Assembly (NCBI GenBank): GCA_024137785.1
Contig: JAHRHZ010000002.1
Coordinates: forward strand, 12,175,082 to 12,239,081
Length of the DNA stretch: 64,000 nucleotides
Direction: 5' to 3'
From: Ginglymostoma cirratum
Taxonomy: Eukaryota
A model generated the notes under the pieces. That model worked only from the letters and a program-made list of their open reading frames with translations. It made no database searches and was not told the DNA's origin. The translations under genes were made by a program, and so were the position numbers. Shown here in pieces: positions 39,401 through 50,600 of this stretch (position 1 is the stretch's first letter; each line of letters begins with the position of its first letter).

Positions 39401-42400
39401 TTTTCATCAACCAAAAATGTCCATCACTTGATTTTTTTGTTCCAACTTGGAAAACTCTTCTGGTATTTCACTATATAGCAAATCCACCCACGATTCAGGT
39501 TTAGAATCCAACATGAAAAAAAAAAAAGTGGCCCCTTACAAAAGCCCTGATTATGTCATATCTAGACTGAACTGTCCAGTTTTTGTGCCCTGGATGATAC
39601 AAAGGAGGGTCACTAGAATGATCCCACAATCTATGTATGACAATAGATAGGTCTGTCGGTGGCTGGCGGNNNNNNNNNNNNNNNNNNNNNNNNNNNNNNN
39701 NNNNNNNNNNNNNNNNNNNNNNNNNNNNNNNNNNNNNNNNNNNNNNNNNNNNNNNNNNNNNNNNNNNNNNNNNNNNNNNNNNNNNNNNNNNNNNNNNNNN
39801 NNNNNNNNNAATTTCACTGAAACACTAAATATGTTGGAAGGCACTGGAGTATGTGGGCAAATTATTTAACTTAGAAAGTGGAAGGATCTTGCAAGAGATC
39901 AGTAGATTTTCCTGGCCATCCTCTGCGTTAATAATACCAGTAATAAATTACCAGTTAACAGGGACTCACTGAAACAGAGAAGTCAGTGTGTTATTTGTTT
40001 TGAGTTGTCAGCACAGGTAAAACAGAAGTTGGGAATTTCTCCATTGTTTCCCCACTCCTGCAATGGCCTACAAATTCCCCAGAAGGTTGCATAACTGATG
40101 GAGTGGAACCCCAGGGGGTGTCCTCATTCAGTTGCAGTGATTTCTTGAGCCAGGCTCAATGAACCAAGTTAGTCTTTTCTCATATTTGTGCACACAGATT
40201 GAGTTAGCAAATTTCAAAATCCAGCCATTTTGCACGTGGAAAGGCTCTGGAATAGATGAGTTGCATTAAGAGGAAAGACTGGATAAGGCTAGGCTTGTAC
40301 TCACTGGACTTTAGAAAATTAAGAGATGACTTGATTGAAAATTATAGGATCCTGAGGGTGTTAGCAAGGTGCGCGTGCAACAAATATTTCCACTTGCAGG
40401 AGCATCTGGACATAGGGGTCACTGTTTATGTATTATGTAAGAGAACAGCCATTCAAAACAGAGGAGGATTTTTTTCTCCCCCACCACAGAGGAACAGGAG
40501 CCTTTGGAACTCTTCTTCAAAAACAGAGACTGAATTTTTGAAGGCAGAGATCGATATATAGATGTCAATGCCCTGGAGAGAGTTCAAAGATTTACTAGAA
40601 ATGATACCAGGAATGAAGGATTTTAGATACAAGTAAAGTCTAGAGACATTGGGCTCATTCATCTTGGAGTAGACAAGGTTATGAGGTGACCTTATTGCAG
40701 TGTTCAAACTTATGAATAATTTTAACTGGGTAAAGAAGTATATTCGGTTTACACCAGTTGGTATGTCAGTATCTAGGGGTCATAATTTCAAGATGGTCAG
40801 CATGAGGGCTAGGAGTGAGAGGAGGGGAAACTTTACTTAGACAGTTGCTAGGATTTAGAATGCACTGCCTGGGAGAGTAGTGGAGGCCAATTCCATAGGA
40901 GGTTTCAAAAGAGAGCTGGATATATATTTGAATGTGATGAAGTTAGAGGGCTACGGAGATAGGGCTGGAGAGTGGGACTAGCTGGGTAGCTCTTTCAGGA
41001 GCTAGCACAGATACGATGGGTCAAATGGTCTCTTTTTGTACTACAAATTTCTATGATTCTTGCTAAGCAAAGGTTGGAAAGGTCATTGTGGATTGCTGGA
41101 AATGTGCAGTAATCCCCCATGATTTTACCTGAATGACAGACTAGGCTTGAGGGCTGAGTGGCCTGCTTCTGCTCGTATGCTCACTCATTTTTTTTGATGT
41201 AGCATGAGATTATCAAGGCTTTCATTCAAACATCTTATCCAAAGAGTGACTCCATCCACAATTCCTTAGATAATGCAGCATTTAAGGTATGCTGATAACG
41301 TCACTGATCTATAATCAGACGGTCAGGCCAATGCTTTGAGGAGATGGTTCAAATCGATCAGATAGCATCTGCAGTGATGACTGGAATCAGCTGTTATAAA
41401 GTTATTATATTATTACAGTTATACAATTGTTAATTGTTACAAAAACCCATCCTGATCAGTAATACCCTTTAAGGAAGGAAATCTGCCACCCTTAACCAAG
41501 CTGGCCTATATGTGACTGTGGTTGATACTTAAGTGTCCTCTCAAATTGCGCAGCAAGCCACTCAGTTCAAAGGCAATTCAGGACGGGCAACCAATGCTGT
41601 GTTTGCCAGTGACTCTCCAATGGTTCCAACTTACATACTTCGATTATTGCTAGAAAAAGCTAGACAGACTTAAAACCACAACCAACCATCTTCTCAACAT
41701 TTCCCCCATGACCTGCTCACTCCCTTTTTCCCTACTCCCTAACATCATTGCCAGATTCCTGGTCCCATCGCTTACCTCTTCTACCCCTGGATTCCTTCGC
41801 TACTTTCTTCCCCAACCCCTGCCCCTCTCCTTCCTCCACGTCAGATTTAATAATGATATGGAGGTGCTGGTGTTGGTCTAGGGTGGACAAAGTCAGATGT
41901 CACATGACACCAGGTTACAGGCCAACAGGTTTATTTGAAATTACAAACTTTTGGAGCACTGCTCCTTCATCAGGTGAAGGGTTTCTGACTTCTGGATCAG
42001 ATTTAGTAATTTATGCAGATCAGTAAAATGTAGCAGTCAGGGACAGAAACAAAAACCAGAAAGACTAATGGAAAAAATTCTCTCCCTAAAGTGCTAGAAT
42101 ACAAAGGCAGAAACTTTTTGTTACACGATACAAAGCTGGATTTGACAGTGCTCTAGGGTACTATGTACAGTTCCAGGCACTGCATAAAGGATATGTTGAT
42201 CTTTGAAGGAATGCAGATTTACTGAAATTTTAATAGAGCTCCAAAGGTTAACAAGGAGTAAACACACAATTGAGAGACTGCATAAGCCAAACTTGAGCAA
42301 CGTACAACTTTAAGAGGTCATTCAAGTGAACGTTTTAAGAGTGGATGCTTTTTCCACTGCCTGGCTGCTGTAGAGTTTAGGATATTAGAGCATAACCTTT

Positions 42401-43520
42401 ATCAGAGTTAGGTTATTCAGGAACTCTCATCCACATCAAACAATAGGTGCTAACTCAAGTAAAAAATCTAAATGAAGCTTCAATAGATCTTGTAAATCTA
42501 AAGGGATGAAGGGACTTGCAACAGGTATAGTTTGGATACACAACAGTTACAGTACAGAAGCCAGCCACATGGCCTTTGTGCCTGTACCTACTCTCTAAAA
42601 AAGTATTATTACCTTGTGTCAATCTCCTGCTTGTTCTCCCCAATTAATAATAATAAAAAACCTCAATCACAATCTCACTAAATAGTAGAACAGGCTCGTG
42701 ATTAAATAATTTTCTGCTAGTTCTATGCTTCTCTCACAACACAACAAACTTAAACTCAACCACCATTATGACAATACAAATTCAAAAAGAAGCAATGTTC
42801 CGAAACGTGCCTGTAAACAATTTTTCTGAGTGGTCTATTATACACAAGACAACATCAGTCTGTTATCACAAGGATTTTTCACTTATCAGTAGCATACTCA
42901 GCTGAACAAAAGGATTCAAATCTCATTTAAATTCAAGCACGTAATTGGTATTTCCATATGGCACTTGAAATTCAACATGGATAAAGCTGCCAACTGTCAG
43001 GTTTGGCTCTTGTAGTCTGTCGGATGACCTTTCAAGTCCCCGTTGTACCATTCAAATAGCAAGAAAGCTTTTCCCTGCTGTCACAGGGTCATAGAAAAAG
43101 GCCCTTTGGCCCATCCTAGAACATACCTTCAATCAGTCCATTGCTATTTAGACTTCATAGCCTCACTTTATCTGCTCCACCACAAATACCCGAATAGATC
43201 TGCAGTTGTTCTGGGAATTAAGACAGTTAGCCTTGGGTTGATAGATAATAAACTGATTCAAGTCGATTTATCTATAAAAAGGTGAAAAGCAAGTGGGGGG
43301 TGGGGGGGAAGGAAGGCACATACACCCTTCAACATCAACATCAACATCAGCCCTTTACAAAGTGAAAGATTACCGATACGCGGTCACTAACTTTAATAAT
43401 AATAATGTAAAAACAGAATGCCCCTCTTGAGAAGCAGCACACAAGTCTTACCAATAACCCTTTACGAACCACTGCCACTATCCTGAGCTGAGACCTCACT
43501 TGGCTCACTAGCGCCGCCAT
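24267..43520 (-). CDS. MRPS18B: Mitochondrial small ribosomal subunit protein mS40 (MRPS18B), complete, 7 exons, 237 aa
   Basis: Exons 43520-43452, 35819-35693, 34113-34016, 31934-31866, 28639-28573, 25582-25523, 24490-24267 total 714 nt, in frame, all AG/GT. The protein has a basic N-terminal targeting-like peptide, [47 protein letters not shown] and [15 protein letters not shown], matching human MRPS18B from memory. Confidence 0.96.
25523..25582 (-). CDS. MRPS18B: MRPS18B exon 6
   Basis: tcctag|GT...CATG|gtaagt; [20 protein letters not shown]. Confidence 0.95.
25690..26790 (+). mobile_element. Decayed CR1-type LINE ORF2 (RT)
   Basis: Remnant peptides [10 protein letters not shown], NYRPxSLTSVVG and QHGFV with stops and frameshifts. 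Confidence 0.8.
26800..27085 (-). mobile_element. CR1-type LINE fragment, opposite orientation
   Basis: ggggcccataactggacactatactcca...ttctacaagttcagcatcacctcc (reverse of [15 protein letters not shown].W.P). Confidence 0.7.
27158..27378. repeat. ~70-bp minisatellite, ~3.2 copies
   Basis: Unit acactcccagg(g)acagg(g/c)acagcacggggttagatacagagtaaagct(c)cctctacactgtcccccatcaa repeated in tandem. Confidence 0.9.
27770..27972 (+). mobile_element. Young CR1/HER1-type LINE 3' end
   Basis: ttcacgcagagtggtgggcgcgtggaatgcgctgcc...gtgggccgaagggcctgtactgtgctgtactgttctatg; CpGs largely retained. Confidence 0.8.
28573..28639 (-). CDS. MRPS18B: MRPS18B exon 5
   Basis: ctacag|AAT...ACTG|gtaaga; [22 protein letters not shown]. 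Confidence 0.95.
30505..31648 (+). mobile_element. 5'-truncated CR1-type LINE (RT C-terminal half plus 3' UTR)
   Basis: Remnants [20 protein letters not shown] and [14 protein letters not shown]. Confidence 0.85.
31866..31934 (-). CDS. MRPS18B: MRPS18B exon 4
   Basis: ctgcag|AGA...AGG|gtgagc; [23 protein letters not shown]. Confidence 0.95.
32699..33004 (+). mobile_element. HE1-type tRNA-derived V-SINE, near full length
   Basis: A box tggctcagtgg, B box ggtttgattcc, V-domain tgtgtggagtttgcacattctccccgtgtctgcgtgggtttcctccgggtgctccggtttcctcccacagtccaaaga, LINE-derived tail gggccgaagggcctgtttcc. Confidence 0.9.
34016..34113 (-). CDS. MRPS18B: MRPS18B exon 3
   Basis: ttgcag|AA...ATT|gtaagt; [32 protein letters not shown]. 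Confidence 0.95.
35693..35819 (-). CDS. MRPS18B: MRPS18B exon 2
   Basis: ctgcag|AGT...GAAG|gtgttt; [10 protein letters not shown]...[16 protein letters not shown]. Confidence 0.9.
36095..36740 (-). mobile_element. Two abutting CR1-type LINE 3' fragments
   Basis: ORF 36324-36554 [15 protein letters not shown]...TRGHSFKV...[15 protein letters not shown] is a typical CR1 ORF2 C-terminus; a second tail lies at 36095-36190. Confidence 0.85.
38020..38790 (-). mobile_element. Decayed LINE (CR1/L2 group) 3' fragment
   Basis: Remnant [10 protein letters not shown]; reverse-homologous to fragments at 2750-3040 and 5510-5770. Confidence 0.7.
38980..39168. mobile_element. Fold-back Penelope-derived element with hammerhead-like motif in the loop
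   Basis: Inverted arms 39013-39061 and 39119-39167 (48/49 identical); loop contains gtt-CTGAGGA-a-GGGTC-accg-GACCC-aAAA-CGTT-aac. Confidence 0.8.
39670..39809. other. Assembly gap (140 N)
   Basis: Run of N. Confidence 1.
40250..41180 (+). mobile_element. Nested CR1-type LINE fragments
   Basis: The outer copy ([17 protein letters not shown]) is interrupted at ~40560 by a second CR1 3' fragment ending ctatgattct (~41060), then resumes. Confidence 0.7.
41850..41980 (-). mobile_element. Short Penelope-derived terminal fragment (second family) with hammerhead-like motif
   Basis: On - strand: cac-CTGATGA-a-GGAGC-agt-GCTCC-aAAA-gttt-gtaatttcaaataaacctgttgg. Confidence 0.6.
43452..43520 (-). CDS. 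MRPS18B: MRPS18B exon 1
   Basis: aagATGg Kozak; [23 protein letters not shown]|gtaaga. Confidence 0.85.
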
Positions 43521-44550
43521 CTTCTTGTGCCACGAAGGTGAAAGGTCAACTCCACGGACGCTTCTTGCCCCCCACCTACACACTCTCTCCCTTCAACCAA
43601 AAAAATTAAACCACACAAGTGGAATGGACCCTTTTTTTTCTCTTAAAAAAAAAGAATCATTTCAAAACAAAAGAACATCGTTTTGAACGCAACGAACAAA
43701 CGGTCTCCGGGGCGAAAACTGCACGAGCTTCGATACGACGTCATCGCGTTCCAAAAAAAAGTCCCCGAGGGAGAATTTTTTTTTAAGAAACGCTGTTATT
43801 TAAAAATAAGAGCCGCGCCTTCGTTCTTTTTCTCTCCCTGGTTTAAGCTGGCTGGGGTCGAGGGTAAATACGATTTTAATTTTTCGGACGACAACGCACG
43901 TCACGTGGCACGCGTTACCGTGACCGTGGAACTGATATCACCTTGATTTCACCTCCCTTGGTGTGTTTTTTTTTTAAACAACCCCGATTTGGTAGACGGG
44001 GGAAGGGGAAAATAAATGTACAATTTCTAGGATTTAAGAGGATGAGATGATGCTGGTGCGGGGGTGGGGAGGTGTTGAAAACGCTTTTTGAAGAGGGATC
44101 ATTTCAGTGCGCCTGCGCCAACTCGACAAAGGCATTGTGCAATTCATTCTGACGTCACCTGAAGTTACATAACAGACCTCCCCACCCATGGGGGAAAGGA
44201 AGAGGACAGGGAGGCGAAAAAATTAAGATCGGGGGGGGGGAAATCGGTGGAGTATTCAAGCGTTTTATTTATTTAGATTATTTTGCCTCGCCGCATTGCA
44301 AATACGTTTCACGTTCAAACTAGGAAGGGGACGGGGAATTTGGAAAATAAATATACTTTTCAATTTTGCATAATCGACCGAGATACGATAAAAGTCGGTC
44401 AAGCCGCCATGCGGCCAATTGGATTCAAATACTAACGGCCGTCTCCACGTGACCACCGCCCCCACCCGCATTTCTACTGTGACGTCCGCGCCCTCCCTAT
44501 AAAAGGCTGGGCGCAGGCTACTGCGCCATTCCAGCGTTTGTTTTGAGGTA
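43500..44550. promoter_or_regulatory. Bidirectional CpG-rich promoter between MRPS18B (-) and PPP1R10 (+)
   Basis: Sharp rise in CpG density. YY1-type aagATGgcggc over the MRPS18B start, E-boxes CACGTG (43902, 44446), full CRE TGACGTCA 44150-44157, NRF1-like tgcgcctgcgc 44108-44118, CCAATTGG 44415-44422, GC box ~44456, TATAAAAG 44498-44505 and Inr-like CCATTCC with A at 44528 (TATA+30). Confidence 0.85.
44528..44547 (+). other. PPP1R10: Predicted very short non-coding first exon of PPP1R10
   Basis: Inr at TATA+30, then GAG|gtatgt donor. The next acceptor is tttcttcactctag|44705, with a possible donor ATA|gtaagt at 45098. Confidence 0.55.
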
Positions 44551-47381
44551 TGTGCGGGTGGGGACGGTTTGATCCAGGTCGCTTGCGTGGGTTTTGTTCC
44601 TGGGGTATTTTTAAAAAAAAAATTTTAATGTGTTTAAAAATATTCGATCTTTGCTTATTTGCTTATAACTGTGTTCCTCCTTTGTGTTTGTTTCTTCACT
44701 CTAGGTTTCCCCCCCACCCCCCACTTCGGTGAAGACGACGGACAAAAGAAGCCTCTTGTCTGTGTGTGTGTGAGGATAACAAAAAAAACAGCCGCACCTT
44801 CAAAAAAAACCAATTTTTCATGTAGTTTTGATCAACCTTGGGACACCTGATCTCTTTGTGTTCGCTCTTTTAAAACGATTTTTTTCCAAAAAACTCAGAG
44901 AACCTTCTTGCGAAATAAGGAGACAGATCAGCAAAAAAAACCGAGAATATATACTTTACCCATATAAGCTCCTTTTTTAATGAAAATTTACAAAAAATAA
45001 TAAGTCATGAGAGTCTCTCTAACAAAAAATTTGTCAACATTGTGTTGTGTTTGCACATAAAAAAAAAACCCGAGTCGCTGTCAAGGAGATTTTTAATAGT
45101 AAGTTTCGCTTTTTGGCAACAAAAGGAGAATGGAAATTTAAGGTGGGGGGGGGAGAGGGTGGGAGTGAGGCGGCGATGGTTGGCAAATGAAGATGATGGG
45201 TGTATATAATTTTAAAGGCTTTTTTTAAAAAAAAAAATCAAATGGTGGTGGGGAGGGCATGTAGCGAAGGTGGGCGAAGTAGGAGATTAAACCCATGAGC
45301 TCACACGCACGAAAAAGATAAACGTATTAGTATTGAGCATCTTTTTTTTAAAGAAATGAAGTAATAAAAGCCTTTTTTAACAAAAGAATACGTACGATAA
45401 GTCGCTTCGGCGTGTGTGTGAGACGGTGAGGGCAATCTGTAAATAAAGATTGCCGTGAATAAATCTCCCGGGAATGAAAGCAAAAATACGGGGTGGTGGG
45501 TCTTTTATTTTTTTTTAAAATCATAAGCGAAGGCGGGAGGGAGGGGTGGGTTTGTTGCTCGTTTTTTTTAAAAAGGTGTTCGGTAGCGGCTTGTTGATCT
45601 GCAGAATTGTTAAAAAATTTTTTTTTCACTCGCCCGTTTTCTACTTCAAGCTGCTCCTTTTTTTTGTGAGGTCGCCTCCCTAAGATGGCGGCGGGTTGTC
45701 GTTGTAAAATGGCGGCGGCCGTCCATGTTCTCTCGTTTCCCTTCCCCCCCCCCCCGTGGGCGGCCTGGGTGGGGGGGGGGGGGGGGGGGGGTGTGTTTTT
45801 TTTTTTTTTCCCCCCCCTTCTCGCTGGAAACGCCAGGACAAGGACAGAGCTAGGGCGAGGCCGGATGACATCAGTGCTGACTCGACCTTCCCCTTACTCC
45901 ACCTCCCCTTCCTTTCTCTCCGACCGGCTTTTCAAACCACCCTCCTTCCCCCTTCCCCCCTCCCCACCAACTGTCTTAACCTTATCACCAGCCGACACCC
46001 TAGTTTATTTTAAACAAAGCCTGCCCAGATCGAGAGCCCCCTTTTTACCTCTTGAAAGGACTTGATTCTCCCTCCCCCGTCGCCCACTCAGAATTCAAAG
46101 CTGGTAGCGCAGTTGTCTCGAACCGATGGCAATTTTTTTTTCAACCCCCCCCCCTTTTTTAAACTCTACTACCATCCTTGAAGCTTTGTTCCTCCGCGCC
46201 CCCCTTTCCGACCAAATGCTAGTTTTTTTTTTGAAAAAGTAAATTCCCCGCTAGTCGCCCGAGATTTGGATGAAAAATTGCCAGCTCTTTCTGCTCCACG
46301 CCGTGTGGAGCTCAGGAGTTTTGCGACATTAATTGCTTTAATTCTTTCTTCCCCCGATGTTCAAGGAATCTTGAATCTGTTTTTTTTGTGTTAAATATAC
46401 AGTTCATTGTGCTTTGAAGGACTTGATTGATGTCTGTTTTGGAAGCGGGTGGGGTGGGGGAGTCAGTCTCCCTATTTAATTGGTTACCTGCGAGCATTTA
46501 ATCGGTTTGCAAAATGCCCGCTTTAATGCAGAGTGGTGGGACAGTAAGTTTACTGAGCGGCATCAATCAACTTCTGGATCAAATTGATTTATGATCTTGT
46601 TCATGGAGAAAGTACCTGTAATCATGTTACCACTGGGCCGCATGTAAATTCATGCAGGCCATAACTTAATGATCACTGTTTTCCATAATAGGTGCATAAT
46701 TCCTTGCAGCGAGCATCTTCATATGGGAAGCGGTTAACTTTTCATATAGGAATTAAGTGCCCATGTCTGCACGCTTTTGTACTGTTTAGTTTCCCAGCAC
46801 AAGTAGGGCTGATGAATAGGGGGAGGTGAAGCTAAAACATCCTGCACTTTAAAAACTCATCACAGGGACAGCCACATGCAAACTGGTAAGCAAACCTTTC
46901 TGACCTTGATTACATTTCACAACTTCATTGCTTTCTTGAACGTGTAATGTTTGCCGTTCTGCAAAAGAAAACAAATCCATGGTGAAATATTCGATACATG
47001 CATGCAAAAAGGCTTTGTTGACATTGTTCCAGTGAACTACACAAGAACTTGTTTCACAGTCTGTTTTCATGCCTGACTTAACCACTGGTGGCCACGTCTT
47101 CCTTAGAACAGTAGAATATTTTTAGAATCTATTTCAAATTTATATTTTTGAAATTTAATTTTAAATAACCTTTTTTCAACATTTGAGTAGTGGCTGAGTT
47201 CTTTAATAGCATTTGTAAGAACTTTTGAGGTGGTGGGGTTATTTTGAAATTGATCTCAAATGGGTTAACAGCTGTACAGGTTAATGTGCAGCACTGCACT
47301 TACATGAATTTGGCAGTGTAAACTCTAGACCATTAATTGAATTCAATTTTTAACTCAAACTTCTTTCTCTTTTCCCCTTAG

Positions 47382-47646
47382 TGTATTAAGAAATGGCGTC
47401 AGTGCCCCCGACTGCAGGGCTAATTTCCTCCGCTCCCTTCCCCCTGCTCCCTTTTCACACTTGATTCTGAAAGTGGTCAGGGGTACTGCAGATTCAATTG
47501 AAGGGCAGTGTAAAGGTTTTGATATCTAATGCGAAGATATTCGCAACCCGTGTTAGCTCTGGGTAAGGTAGCAAGCAAGCCGTCCTGTTACCTTTTTTAT
47601 ATAAAAAGGGAGGTAGGTCAAGAAAGCATTTAGTGCACCTGTGAAG
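47382..47646 (+). other. PPP1R10: Candidate PPP1R10 5' UTR exon with uORF
   Basis: Branch-like tttaac plus long pyrimidine tract ending cttag|47382; donors TGG|gtaagg (47562) and AAG|gtaaga (47646); uORF 47393-47464. Confidence 0.5.
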
Positions 47647-50600
47647 GTAAGAACTCAAAACAAACCAACTCAACTCAGCTAAGACAAGCTTTATCTTGTT
47701 GTATAAAAACCCTACATGTGGTTGAATTAGTTAGCCTTGGCCTAGATCCCCTCCAGTGACCTGGTGGTAACATGTTCAGTGATACTTAACTCATTGTGAA
47801 AAAATTCTGTCTAATTTAAATGATAAAATAGACCTTGTATTTGTAGAATTCCAGTGTACCTGATGTAATATTTATAATGCACGTGAGGGTGGGTGGGGGA
47901 GGGGGGATATGGTGGTGGAAGATGTATGTAACCATATATAAACTGGTTTCTTGCTGCACTCACCAGGTTTGTGCAGTATGTTACAGGAGACCAGTGGTCT
48001 TTCACAAGCAACTGTGCTAGGTTAATAAGCTGGTTCCTAATCAGTGTTCCTGCAAGCCAGTGTCCATTCTGATTTTGAAAAGATTATGGGGTTAACATCT
48101 AAAAGCTCCACTTTTTGGGTTGATGAATCAAATGTAACTTAAGCACTACAGCACACTTTTGATAAAACCAAAGGTAGGTGGCATGTGGCCATTTGAGCAC
48201 AAGCATTTGTCCATGTGACCAATATAACTCCCTTGTGAATTAGCCATTTGCAAAACTACCAACTCACCGTCTTTGAACCACTCAAGTGAATTCAGTTTAA
48301 CAACACGTTGTAACTACAGTAACATGCGTCAGGTTTGTATTTACTAACCTAACTGCACATTGCTCCAAATATTACAAGTGAATAGGAAGTACAGAATTAC
48401 CATGGACAAGTGGTGTGTTGGCATCAACTTTATTTGGAGCACCATCCAGTTGTGCTGAAATTGTGCATGTGACTGCAGAATACTGCAAGTTTATAAATGC
48501 CTTTTTCAGATAACCTAAATGCCATTCCTCAGCACTTGTGCTGAATCAATAGCTACGGGTCTGTATCTTGTGTACTTCATGGTTTCTGTCTGCTCTAAAC
48601 ACCAATCTAGTCAGCCTAAAATAGTTAATTTGGCTTGTAAAGCTCACGGCTTTACTTTGCCTGTCTTGTTCAATCTTTCATGAAAGAAGCTTGATACTCC
48701 AGGTTGCTAAAGTGTAGTACCTGCTAGTGTTGGACTACTTGAATTCTACTTTTAATTTTATCCATTCAATAGAAGGCTTTGTGCATTATTGTAATAGATC
48801 AATTCATTGTAAAACAATTAGCTAGCTTTTAATTTTGGTTTCTGTATGCAATTCAGATTTGGGTTTTTTTGCATTTCCTGTAGACTGATAATATATCTTT
48901 AATTCACCTTTGAACTACACCACCAATGCAGCTGAAACTTGCCCTTTAGTACTTGATGCTTGAAAAGATGGTCCATTCAGGGTGACAAAAGAAACATTCC
49001 TTGCCCTCTACACTTAGTTGTCAGTGTTGAAATGTAAGCTGATTTCATTACAATCTTGATTCAGTCTAAAACTTGTAGTTTCTACATTTTAAAGTAGAAT
49101 TGTACCCAAGTAACTTAGGATTTAAGAGAGCTGTAAAAAGTTCTTTAGTTGCTGACTGGCTCATAGGTCTGAGTACAGCAGTGCCCAAAATAAACCTGCA
49201 GTGTGCAGGGTCTTTGTCAGTGTAATTTAGACCAGCTATAAGTGGTTTGTCTGGGCCAATATTTTGACTAGATCAGAGTCCAGGGTAGTTTCACCCTTTT
49301 TCTAAATATGTCTCCATCTGTTGAACTGGATGCACACCAATTAACAACATTAACCGATAAGGCAGTTGGGTTTCCTCTTTTAGCTTCAATGTGAAAGTCC
49401 AAATTCAGCTTAAACTAATCAATCTGAGGTTTGGAGCTGATCTTAATACAAGTGGGCCTTATTAATGTGCTGGAGACTTGAATAATGCATTGGTTTAGTT
49501 CTAAATCTGTAGCTGATACTAATTATGGTAAAAACACTTGGTATTTCTGGTTGTGTGTCAAAAACTTTGTATCCCATGTTTCTGTCACTGGTTTGAAATT
49601 CATTCTTTTCTCAAATCTCTGCTTGTTTGTAGGTTGTTATTTCCTAGAAATTGCAAGATTAAAAAATTGAATAGATGTTAGACATTTTCTTGAAAGGGGT
49701 CAAGTTTCAAAATCTAGCTAGGCTTGTTCTCTGGCAAAAATTAAAATTATACTTGTGTATTGGCCATTGATGAACACTTCATGGATGATCTGATTGAAGA
49801 CAATTGAAGTGCTTCTTCAGATGGCCTAATAATTACAATAGAATTTACATGTAAAAGGATACTTATCTAGTAGGGGCCAGTGGATAAATTTTCAAACTTC
49901 TAGGGGATATTTGCACCAGCTTCAATGCTCTCAATTTGGTTTAGAGCTGGAGGGTATTCAGTGCTGAAGTATAAAGCTGAATTCTGGCTTGCCTCCACAA
50001 ACAAAGGGTATAACTAGTCCTCATATTCTGGGTTTCTACCCATGGGCATGATTATTGCACAGCAGTTCTGCTTTGAACTTGCGATTCAGTTTCCCAACAA
50101 ACACTAAAGCCAAATTACCTGATCTGTTTGGGGTCCACTCTTGCCAATACAATGATCAGAAATTCTGTGACTTCACAAGTATTCTGTATGTTCTGATAAA
50201 GAACCCAACGTAATCAAGTACTTAAATTACTGCCTGGAAATTAACATTTGTATACAGTACTGCAGAGTTTCATTTGAGGCCCAACCATTCTAACAGGTAT
50301 TGTTTGATCTGGACCCTCAGTTAAAATTGTGAAACTTCTGACATTATGCTCCAGTTCATCCTTGACAAATTTGGCAACATAGTTTCATAAAGAAACTGCT
50401 TTTATGAGCCAATCAAAGTTTTTTTAGCATTTGCTTTCTGCCATTGGACAGGTTTTTAACTTGGGTACATGTTAATAATGCATTATTATAAACAGTTTCA
50501 AAAGTTGTGCACAGGCTTCCTCTTGAGAATGGGTATTATGCAGTCAAATTTTAACATTAAATTTTAATTATCTCTTCCCCCCCCCGCCGACCCCCTTTAT

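Noticed and set aside
45685-46065. 126-aa ORF starting MAAGCRCKMAAA
   Set aside because: Runs through homopolymer G/T/C tracts; low complexity with no recognisable domain.
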